From Terriglobia bacterium (GTDB taxonomy: Bacteria; Acidobacteriota; Terriglobia; Acidiferrales; UBA7541), in assembly GCA_963695545.1 (NCBI GenBank), contig OY968796.1, positions 480,001 to 544,000 of the forward strand: a stretch of 64,000 bases of DNA. The letters are read 5' to 3'. The notes below the pieces were generated by a model. That model did no database searches and was not told where the DNA came from. It saw only the letters and a list, made by a program, of their open reading frames with translations. Of the stretch, positions 38,533 through 46,464 are shown piece by piece. A program made the position numbers and the translations under genes. Position 1 is the first letter of the stretch, and each line of letters begins with the position of its first letter.

Positions 38533-39936
38533 TCAGGACGCGTGCGGCCCCGTTTGCTGCAAGCGGCCGGCGGGCCCAGGATTCCGGTGATCCCGGCCTT
38601 TCATCGCATACAGCGCCACATCCGCCGCGGCCAACAAACTCTCGATCGTCTCGCCGTTTTTCGGATAACTGGCAACGCCCGTGCTGACGGAAAGTTTGGG
38701 ATCTCCGCCATCGTTTGCAAAACTGTGGCGAATGCGTTCGGCCACAAGCGTCGCCGCTTCGGCCTCGGTTTCCGGCAGCACCAGCGCAAACTCATCGCCG
38801 CCGAAGCGCGCCGCCGTGTCGATGTCGCGGCAGCCAATCGACAGCGCATCGGCCAGGCGGCACAGCGCGTGGCTGCCGGTCAGATGACCGTAACGGTCAT
38901 TGATTTTTTTCAAATGGTCGAGATCGAAAAGCAGCAGCGCGAACTCGCGCCGCGTGCGCCGCGACCTCTTGATCTCGCTGTCGAGCACGTCGACAAGTTG
39001 CCGGTAATTCGCGAGTCCCGTCAGAGAATCCTTGGCCGCCTGCTGGCGCAAGTGGCTTTCGAGCTCGCGCTGCTTGGTCACGTCCTCGACGATGATCTCG
39101 AATCCGTCTTTCTTGCGTTGCGCGCCTTTCACCTCGCGGCCGCTCAGCCGCACCTTCAGCGGCGTGCCGTCTTTTTTCGCCCAGTCGATTTCCAGAACGT
39201 CCGGCTGGTCTTCTTCCCCGTAGTGCCCGAGCAATTGTTTGCGCTTGGCCGGATCGCCGATGACTTCTCGCGTCAAATTCACGCTGAGCAGTTCTTCTCT
39301 TGTCGAATAGCCAAGCATGGTGATCAGCGCCTGATTGACGTCCAGAAATCCGCCGTCCGAATTGCAGCGGCACATTCCGTAAGTCAGGTTCCCGACCAGC
39401 GCGCGGTAGTGAGCTTCGGAGTGGCGCAGTTTTTTTTCCGCGCGATCGCGCTGCCCGCGCAATTCTTTTTCGCCCAGCGCGCGTCGAATCGCGATCGGCA
39501 AATGGCTGGCATTTTCAATCTCGATGCACTCCGCCACGCCTGCCGTCACAAGCTCTGCCACCTGCTCGCGTCCCAGCGTTTCCGTCAGGTAGATCACCGG
39601 GATTCGCCCTTCCTTGCCCTCGAACGATTCGTGCATCTGTGTGTCCCACCAACCGGGAACTGGGTACCTCGCCAGAATCACGTCGTAGTTATTGGCGTCC
39701 ATCTTTTCGGCAAATTGCTTCGCGCTCGCGACCATCTCGGATTTAATTTCAGATTGCGTGTGCTTCAATTCGTTCAAGCAGCGCGCGACCTCCGCGGCAT
39801 CGTCGTCCACAAAAAGCAGGCGCAGCACGGGCTGCCGCAGCAGAGCCTTGCCTCTTTTCGAGGCGATTCGCTGCCTTCCTTTCAACGCCATGCGCGCGTT
39901 TGCACTCGACATTATGGGCGCGGGGCGAACCAACAC
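38533..39936 (-). CDS. Diguanylate cyclase REC(atypical)-PAS-GGDEF; start uncertain
   Basis: LLFVDDD, PAS (FLDVNQAL…MLGY, EDVT), DSLTGL, RDID I-site, RFGGDEF. Confidence 0.9.
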   Translation of the reverse strand: MLVRPAPIMSSANARMALKGRQRIASKRGKALLRQPVLRLLFVDDDAAEVARCLNELKHTQSEIKSEMVASAKQFAEKMDANNYDVILARYPVPGWWDTQMHESFEGKEGRIPVIYLTETLGREQVAELVTAGVAECIEIENASHLPIAIRRALGEKELRGQRDRAEKKLRHSEAHYRALVGNLTYGMCRCNSDGGFLDVNQALITMLGYSTREELLSVNLTREVIGDPAKRKQLLGHYGEEDQPDVLEIDWAKKDGTPLKVRLSGREVKGAQRKKDGFEIIVEDVTKQRELESHLRQQAAKDSLTGLANYRQLVDVLDSEIKRSRRTRREFALLLFDLDHLKKINDRYGHLTGSHALCRLADALSIGCRDIDTAARFGGDEFALVLPETEAEAATLVAERIRHSFANDGGDPKLSVSTGVASYPKNGETIESLLAAADVALYAMKGRDHRNPGPAGRLQQTGPHAS

Positions 39937-40393
39937 TTTCGCGGCGAGTTGCTCTCGCAGAACTACGAAGTGCTACGTATCGCCACCAGTATCAGAGTAG
40001 TATGTGCGTCGCTGTGCGATAGAACTTTTTTGGAGGGCGTTTCAGAGTGAAACAGTGGAGTTTTGCCGCGGAACTACGCTAATGCCATCGAACGCGAAAC
40101 ACTCGAAGAACCGCTCTTCCGTCAAGCCGTCCGGCGCAGAAAACCTCCCGGCTATTTCTAAGCGCCATTCTGACGCCGGGGGCCGGTACGGTCGTTCGTC
40201 GCCACAAAGCGGGCTGCGTCTTGCTCTTGCCCCGATAAGCTTGGGAGTGGGGTGCCCGCTCGGGGACTGTTCGACGCCATACGCACCGGCGCCCAGCATC
40301 AAGGCTATATTTGACAATAGAGCCAAACCCGAAAACTGTTCTTTTTCGCACACCCTGCGAAAATCGCGGCATGCTGCCAAAATGAAGGAAAAT

Positions 40394-40481
40394 TGGTGCC
40401 CGGGGTGGGGGTCGAACCCACACGACGCGTTAGCGTCAGGGGATTTTAAGTCCCCCGCGTATGCCATTCCGCCACCCGGGC
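40394..40481 (-). tRNA. trnL-UAA: tRNA-Leu(UAA), encoded CCA
   Basis: Reverse complement GCCCGGG…GGGGA-CTTAAAA-TCCCC…long variable arm…GTGGG-TTCGACC-CCCAC-CCCGGGC-ACCA. Confidence 0.96.
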
Positions 40482-40631
40482 TGTGCACAAACAACCGTAT
40501 ACTAATGAACGAGTTGCTTACAAGACTGGCATCTCGGCGCGTGTCGCGTTCTTGACGCTAACGCCTGACGGCGCGACGCCGCGGCTCCGGCGCGGGCCCC
40601 AGCCGCCGGCCGCCAGCAACTTGGGTCCGCC

Positions 40632-41456
40632 ATGACGACGATAAGCCAGCGCGCGCGACATTCCGGGCTCTACGCCGCCGTGGCCCTGCTCGCCGCTTCC
40701 CTGCTTGCTTCCCCAAGAGCGCGCGCACAGGGCGGCCCTCCCCTACTCACCAACGACCCCGGAACTCCCGGCGCCGAAAACTGGGAGATCAACGTCGCCG
40801 CGATGCCCGTCCTCACCCGCGACGCGCACAACTACCAGCTTCCGCAGTTTGACATCAACTACGGCATCGGCTCGCGCATTCAGCTCACGCTCGAAATTCC
40901 TTACGTCGTCGCAACTTTCCCGGGCCAGCCCCATGCCACCGGCTGGAGCAATGCTTTCCCCGGCGTGAAGTGGCGTTTCATCGACGCGAAACACGGCTGG
41001 AACGTCTCCATATTTCCGCAACTCGAGACCGGCGGCGCTTCCGGCGACGTGCGCAAAGGCATTGCCGATAGCGGCACGCGATTTCTCCTCCCGCTCGAAC
41101 TCCAGAAAAATATCGGCCCCGTCGAACTCAACGCCGAAGCCGGCTATTATTTTCCGTTCCACGAAACGAATCAGGGCCACGAAGAACGAATCCTCGGTTT
41201 CGCCGCCGGCCATCAATTCACCAAAAAATTGGAAATCATTGGCGAGATTTACAACGACTCCGCCATGGGCGCCCTTCCTCACGACACCACCTGGGACGCC
41301 GGCGGCCGCTACGAATTTCACAAAGGCCTGATCTGGCTCGCCATGGCCGGCCGCAGTTTCAGCGGCGCCGCCAGCGGCGAACCCACCTTCCTCGGATATT
41401 TCGGCATCCAGATTCTGCTCGATCACAACGGCCGCTCACTCCACTCCGATGAGTGA
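40632..41456 (+). CDS. Exported, probable outer-membrane beta-barrel hypothetical protein
   Basis: Signal peptide ending ARA-Q; GPPLLTNDPGTP, DINYG, GVKWRF, alternating beta-strand pattern. Confidence 0.7.
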   Translation: MTTISQRARHSGLYAAVALLAASLLASPRARAQGGPPLLTNDPGTPGAENWEINVAAMPVLTRDAHNYQLPQFDINYGIGSRIQLTLEIPYVVATFPGQPHATGWSNAFPGVKWRFIDAKHGWNVSIFPQLETGGASGDVRKGIADSGTRFLLPLELQKNIGPVELNAEAGYYFPFHETNQGHEERILGFAAGHQFTKKLEIIGEIYNDSAMGALPHDTTWDAGGRYEFHKGLIWLAMAGRSFSGAASGEPTFLGYFGIQILLDHNGRSLHSDE

Positions 41457-41536
41457 AGTTTGTGGAATGCCGCAGCCGATCTCGACGCCAGAGCGCCGGC
41501 CTTCACAGGTCCGCGCACTCGCGAACGCACTTTTTT

Positions 41537-43378
41537 CTAGTTGGCGAGCGAAATCGCGGGCTTCCCCGCCAATCGCTCGTTGATATGTTCGCCCAGCCGA
41601 TCGACAAAGCCGCCGGCGCTGCTGATGGAAGTGTTCAGAAGAACCACAACGCCATAATCGCCCGCAGGATTGAACGACGCAAAAGCGCTATACCCGCCGG
41701 TTGCGCCATTGTGCCAGTAGCTTCCTGTCGCGGCCTGGTAGATCCACGCAAGCGCGATGCCCATTCCCGGCGCGACCTCACCTCGAACCTCATGCGACTC
41801 GACCAGCGCGGCGGAGAGCGTCGTCGAAGTCGGCGCACTATTCGTCAGCGTGATCTTGTCCGGATGCAGATTTGCTTCGAGGTACAGAAGCATGTCCGCG
41901 GCCGTCGAGCGAATCGCTCCGGCGCCGGCCAGCGCATCCTGATCCCACGCGCGAGCCGGGTGATGATTTCCGTCGTATCCGGGAATGAATCTCGCTTTTT
42001 GTGCGTCCGATAGCCAGATGGTCGTGTCTGCGAGGCCCAATGGCCCGGTGATTTCCTGCTTGAGCAGCGCCGAATAGAGGATGCCGGCGCGATCCGCCAA
42101 CGCTTGTCCCAGCAACCCAAAACCAAGGTTGCTGTAAAGAAACGGCGCATCGGCCGGCCTTGCCACGCCATGCTGGCCGATAAACGCGTAAAGATTTGCC
42201 GCGCTGTAATCGGCATAGGGATTCGTTTTATCCGCGGGATTGAAATTGTCGGGCATGCGCGGCAATCCGGAGCGCTGCGTGGCCAGCTCGAGCAGCGTGA
42301 TTTCATCGCCTGCCGGCTTGGCCACCGTCCCGGGCGGCAACAATTCGCGCACCGGCTCATCGTAGGTCACTTTCCCCTGCTCCACCATTTGCGCCAGAAT
42401 CAGTCCCGTAAATGTCTTGGTAATCGAGCCAATTTCAAATATCGAGTCGGGCTTGGCCGTGCCGTACGCGAACACGCGCGTCACGCCATGCTGCACCACG
42501 CCGATCGCAACGCCCGCGTCCGTGTCCGGCGCAAGTTGTCCACTCTTCAGCGCCTGCGCGAGGTCCGCGTCCAGCACCGCCTGCAGATCAGCCACGGCAA
42601 CCGGAGCCATGGCTGGATCAAATGTCGGCGGAGGAATCGGCGCGGCGGTCAGCGCGGCGAATTGCCTTGCGAAGTTCAACTCGATCGCGGCGCCCTGGTT
42701 CCACGTCCCGAGAAGCGAGTCTCCGCCCCCCGATAGCGTGCCGCTCCAATGGCCTTTAACCGCCGGAACGTCGAATGAGAAGTTCCCCTGGCTGAACACA
42801 ACATTCGCGCACAACAGGCCCACGGCGTGCTGATCGAGGCTGTCGAGTGTGCAAGTCTCGTGCCCCGCGCTGTCGCTTTTCACCTGGATCTGCACGCGAA
42901 GAGATGTGCTCCCCGCAACGATCGTTCCCAGCCAAATTCCGTCCACGGGCGACGGCTTCGCCGCGGGCACGAACGCCTGGTGGCCGGCCGTGTCGCGCGT
43001 GAAGACCAGCGTTTGCGGATTTCCCTGGCTCCACGTTCCGGACAGTGAGTTGCCGCCGCTCTCAACGGTTCCTTTCCATGAGCCGCCCACCGTCGGCACC
43101 GTGAAACTCAGCGCGCGCCCGTCGAACTGGAATTCCGAGCACGGAATTCCCGCCGCGCCCTGATCCGGACTATCGAGCGTCCCGCCAATCGCGCCGTCCG
43201 CGCCAACCGTCAGATGCAGCTTCAGGTGTAGCGATCCAAGCATCCCAATGTAGTCCCCCGCGAGCGTCGGCTTCTGCTGCGCCGAAGCCGTGGACGATCC
43301 CAGCCCAAGCACCATCGCCAGCAGCGCCAATGTCATCCCCCAGATTGCGGAACGTGCGGCCACAGTTCCCTCCATCAT
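41537..43378 (-). CDS. Exported serine hydrolase (class C beta-lactamase/D-peptidase fold) with two N-terminal repeats
   Basis: AAGGAG RBS; FEIGSITK (SxxK), YSN, WHNGATGG. Confidence 0.88.
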   Translation of the reverse strand: MMEGTVAARSAIWGMTLALLAMVLGLGSSTASAQQKPTLAGDYIGMLGSLHLKLHLTVGADGAIGGTLDSPDQGAAGIPCSEFQFDGRALSFTVPTVGGSWKGTVESGGNSLSGTWSQGNPQTLVFTRDTAGHQAFVPAAKPSPVDGIWLGTIVAGSTSLRVQIQVKSDSAGHETCTLDSLDQHAVGLLCANVVFSQGNFSFDVPAVKGHWSGTLSGGGDSLLGTWNQGAAIELNFARQFAALTAAPIPPPTFDPAMAPVAVADLQAVLDADLAQALKSGQLAPDTDAGVAIGVVQHGVTRVFAYGTAKPDSIFEIGSITKTFTGLILAQMVEQGKVTYDEPVRELLPPGTVAKPAGDEITLLELATQRSGLPRMPDNFNPADKTNPYADYSAANLYAFIGQHGVARPADAPFLYSNLGFGLLGQALADRAGILYSALLKQEITGPLGLADTTIWLSDAQKARFIPGYDGNHHPARAWDQDALAGAGAIRSTAADMLLYLEANLHPDKITLTNSAPTSTTLSAALVESHEVRGEVAPGMGIALAWIYQAATGSYWHNGATGGYSAFASFNPAGDYGVVVLLNTSISSAGGFVDRLGEHINERLAGKPAISLAN

Positions 43379-43513
43379 GCCTGGAATCTCCTTGTCCCTT
43401 CGAGTGACCAGTTCATCGAGCGCCCATGAAAACTGCGTGCCCATGAGCCGATTTTGCGCATCGAACCTTCGCCGTACATCCGGCTCCATTCGTGCTAACT
43501 CCGCCGAGAAGCG

Positions 43514-43810
43514 TCACCACACCTTCCGAAGATTCCGAAGTCCCTCGAGATAATCGTCCGTTTCCAACCTGTTCGTAACTCCAAATTCCGTCAGAATCGT
43601 CATCATCTGCCCGACAGGCAGCCCTGCCAAATCAGCCGCTTTCCCCAGCGACGCTTCGCCCGCTTTATATCGTTCCACCGCCAGCAGCATTCTTCCCCGA
43701 GTGACCAGGTCGCGCACCGCTTTCGACAAGTCGCTCCGTTCTTCCTTGCTGATCTCGCTCAAAAACTCGTAATTGTCCTGATCCATTCGGATGCTCATCG
43801 TTTTACTCAT
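43514..43810 (-). CDS. UPF0175-like antitoxin (RHH-like N-terminus + HTH)
   Basis: KTMSIRM, YKAGEASLGKAADLAG; ATGA overlap with PIN gene. Confidence 0.8.
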   Translation of the reverse strand: MSKTMSIRMDQDNYEFLSEISKEERSDLSKAVRDLVTRGRMLLAVERYKAGEASLGKAADLAGLPVGQMMTILTEFGVTNRLETDDYLEGLRNLRKVW

Positions 43811-44310
43811 GGATTCGCCTCCAACCTGACCTTCGCATCTTCAATTATGGAAGCCTTGTAACGCCCGTATCTTGCCAGCACCGCCAGTTTGGCCATCGCA
43901 CTCTCAGGGCCCAATAGTCCCTTCTCTCTGCTCCGAATCAGAATGCCTATCGCGGTCGTGAACGCAATTCTCACAACCTTGCACGCATTGATTCCATTCT
44001 TGTCATCAACGGCCAGGAGTTGGGCCCTCTCATGGAGCGCAACTGCGATTGCCTCGGCCTCACCCTTGCCGAGGCCGAAATCCGCCTGCAACTTACGGAC
44101 CAGCCTCCGATCCTTCACAGCCACCACTCTGATTCTTGACTCATCCAAAGCCTTCCGAATTACCAATCCATCCAACGTTTTCTTCGACCCGCAACACTCC
44201 CGCTCCACTTCGGCTGGAATAACAAACCCGAGTTTGCCGTCCGCCAGGAACAGGTCGAGCAACTCGGCCTTCGCTGTCAGAATCAGCGTAGATGCGTCGA
44301 GAACAATCAT
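43807..44310 (-). CDS. PIN-domain toxin (DUF3368-like)
   Basis: IVLDASTLI, IPAEVERE, LGKGEAEAIAVA, AVDD, IGILIR. Confidence 0.85.
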   Translation of the reverse strand: MIVLDASTLILTAKAELLDLFLADGKLGFVIPAEVERECCGSKKTLDGLVIRKALDESRIRVVAVKDRRLVRKLQADFGLGKGEAEAIAVALHERAQLLAVDDKNGINACKVVRIAFTTAIGILIRSREKGLLGPESAMAKLAVLARYGRYKASIIEDAKVRLEANP

Positions 44311-44321
44311 TATTACACAAT

Positions 44322-44342
44322 ATGACGGACGTCATTATAACA
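44322..44342 (-). promoter_or_regulatory. Extended -10 and palindromic operator of the PIN/UPF0175 operon
   Basis: Minus-strand TGtTATAAT (44342-44334) overlapping ATGACG-GA-CGTCAT (44322-35). Confidence 0.6.
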
Positions 44343-44476
44343 CAGAAACGCTGGGCGCGATGCATCTCGTGAAGCCGTCGCACCCGCGGGCCACCATGCG
44401 CGCTCCGTTTCGAATGGCGATCCACAGGAAACGTATTCGAACTGTGGATTTCTGTTCGAATGGCTTAATAATTATA

Positions 44477-44506
44477 TTGACAGTGTAGTACTCTACGTGC
44501 TATGCT
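44477..44506 (+). promoter_or_regulatory. sigma70-type promoter, copy 2
   Basis: TTGACA (44477-82), 18 nt, TATGCT (44501-06) preceded by TGc; ATG at 44512. Confidence 0.65.
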
Positions 44507-44511
44507 CCCGC

Positions 44512-44781
44512 ATGACCATCGAACGGCACTTCCCGCCCGCAGATTCCTCGGTGAAGGACGGCCGATTCGCGCTACGCCGCGCCGGTCTTTTTCACGTCTC
44601 GCCCCGCAACCCTTCCAGAATCAACACTTCTGAAAAATCGCGTTTTAACCCCAGTAGAATCAACACTTCTGGCGCAAAGGACTTAAAGTTCAATCATTTC
44701 AACACTTCTGAAAAACACCCCGGGGGTAGGGGGGTGCGCCCTCCCCGACGAATCGATTTTTTGAATGAAAGGAGCCTATGA
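44512..44781 (+). other. Leaderless repeat-containing ORF/element, copy 2 (coding status uncertain)
   Basis: MTIERHFPPADS…RNPSRINTSEKSR-FNPSRINTSGAKD-LKFNHFNTSEKHPGG…; ATGA overlap with the next gene. Confidence 0.4.
44605..44735 (+). repeat. Three tandem repeats with exact 39-bp period and core TCAACACTTCTG, followed by a C/G tract
   Basis: Core at 44621, 44660 and 44699; then AAAAACACCCCGGGGGTAGGGGGG. Confidence 0.9.
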
Positions 44782-45278
44782 ACATGAAAACCAAGACCGC
44801 ACGGAAATCAGCAAGCCGCAACATCGCAAGGAACCCGCAGAAGCTCGCCGAAAGCGCCATGTCCGACGCGCGCTGTAAATTCAAGTTCGCCGACGCGCGC
44901 TCCTGCGGCATACCACGCTGGAAAGGCCATGCCTCTTACTGCCTCTTCCACGCCCGCCAGGAACAGCAGCTTCTCGATGCCGATCGCGTCGGCACGGAAC
45001 TCGCCAGTCTCTCCGGCGAATTTCGCACAACCACCGATCTCAATCACGCCCTCGGCAAACTTTTCGCCGCCGTCGCCCAGAATCGTATTCCTCCGCGCAA
45101 CGCCGCCGTGATCGCCTACATCGGTCAACTCCTGATGCAAAGCCTCTCTGGCGTAGAGCGAGAGATCAAACACGCCGACGGCTACGAAGCCTGGGACGAC
45201 ACCATCCGCCGCACTCTCGACGCTGAAGAAAACGAGGAGGAAGAAGAGGACGACGACGAGGCGGGTGATGGCAAGTAA
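44778..45278 (+). CDS. Hypothetical protein with a C-x9-C-x11-C-x2-H putative Zn site, helical domain and acidic tail
   Basis: AAGGAG RBS; RCKFKFADARSCGIPRWKGHASYCLFH; EENEEEEEDDDE. Confidence 0.75.
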   Translation: MNMKTKTARKSASRNIARNPQKLAESAMSDARCKFKFADARSCGIPRWKGHASYCLFHARQEQQLLDADRVGTELASLSGEFRTTTDLNHALGKLFAAVAQNRIPPRNAAVIAYIGQLLMQSLSGVEREIKHADGYEAWDDTIRRTLDAEENEEEEEDDDEAGDGK

Positions 45279-45383
45279 ACCATTGCGCCCACGCCGAGCC
45301 GCCCTAACGAAGCAACGATTACCCGCGAGAGCGCGTAGTATATTGTCTCGCCGTCGCAGTCAGTGCCGGAGGACGCAAACTAG

Positions 45384-46460
45384 ATGAGCGCGCAGACGAA
45401 GAAGACTTACAAGATTGCGGTGATCGCGGGCGATGGCATTGGCCTCGAAGTCGTGCCGGAAGGCATTCGCGTTCTCGAGGCCTCCGCACGGCGCTTCGGC
45501 TTTTCGCTTGCCTGGCACAATTTTGATTGGAGCTGCGAAAGGTTCGTCGCCACCGGTCTGATGATGCCCGCCGACGCGCTCGATCAGTTGCGCGCGTTCG
45601 ACGCGATTTTTCTCGGCGCTGTCGGGCATCCGCGCGTGCCGGATCACGTTTCGCTTTGGGGACTTCTGATTCCGATTCGCCGCGCGTTTCGGCAGTACGT
45701 CAATCTGCGACCCGTGCGCCTATTCCCCGGCGTCGAATCGCCGCTGAAAAATTATCCGCCGGGCCGGATCGACTTCTGCGTGGTGCGCGAAAACAACGAA
45801 GGCGAATATTCCGAAATGGGCGGCCGCATCTATCGCGACACGCCCGATGAATTCGCCATCCAGGAAACCATCTTCACGCGCCGCGGATCGGACCGCATCA
45901 TTCGCTACGCCTTCGAGCTGGCCCGCACGCGTGCGAAACATCTCACCTCCGCCACCAAATCGAACGGCATCATCCACACCATGCCCTTCTGGGACGAGCG
46001 CTTCGCCGCCGCCGCAAAAGATTTCCCCGATGTGCGCACCGACCAATTCCACATCGACATACTCGCCGCGCATTTCGTGAAGCATCCCGATTGGTTCGAT
46101 GTGGTGGTCGGCTCGAATCTTTTCGGCGACATTCTTTCCGATCTCGGTCCCGCCGTCGCCGGCTCAATCGGCATCGCCCCCTCGGCCAATCTCAATCCCG
46201 AGCGCGAATTCCCTTCCATGTTCGAGCCCGTGCACGGCTCAGCACCTGATATCGCCGGAAAAGGCATCGCCAATCCCATCGGCCAAATCTGGAGCGGCGC
46301 CATGATGCTGCGCCATCTCGGCGAACCCGCCGCCGCCGATGCCGTCGAGCGCGCGATTGAGACAGTCCTCGCCACAGGTGGCCCGAGAACTGCAGACCTC
46401 GGCGGCAAAGCAAACACAAAAGCAGTAGGGGAGGCCATCGCCGCCGAAACTTCGCGCTAA
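45384..46460 (+). CDS. Tartrate/D-malate dehydrogenase (decarboxylating)
   Basis: IAGDGIG, VPDHVSLWGLL, RENNEGEYS, SATKSNGI, SNLFGDILSDL, FEPVHGSAPDI. Confidence 0.92.
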   Translation: MSAQTKKTYKIAVIAGDGIGLEVVPEGIRVLEASARRFGFSLAWHNFDWSCERFVATGLMMPADALDQLRAFDAIFLGAVGHPRVPDHVSLWGLLIPIRRAFRQYVNLRPVRLFPGVESPLKNYPPGRIDFCVVRENNEGEYSEMGGRIYRDTPDEFAIQETIFTRRGSDRIIRYAFELARTRAKHLTSATKSNGIIHTMPFWDERFAAAAKDFPDVRTDQFHIDILAAHFVKHPDWFDVVVGSNLFGDILSDLGPAVAGSIGIAPSANLNPEREFPSMFEPVHGSAPDIAGKGIANPIGQIWSGAMMLRHLGEPAAADAVERAIETVLATGGPRTADLGGKANTKAVGEAIAAETSR

Positions 46461-46464
46461 TACT

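Noticed and set aside
40394..40481. tRNA-Leu as a genomic island attachment site
   Set aside because: No duplicate of the tRNA 3' end and no integrase were found by eye in the window
40004..40555. ORFs spanning the tRNA
   Set aside because: They overlap a clear tRNA gene and lack protein motifs
44605..44735. Mini-CRISPR array
   Set aside because: The conserved core is only 12 bp, the linkers are related to each other, there are three units, and no cas gene is in the window
35728..44781. bldA-like control of the two repeat ORFs through TTA codons and the nearby tRNA-Leu(UAA)
   Set aside because: TTA codons are present but expected in AT-rich sequence; proximity alone is not evidence
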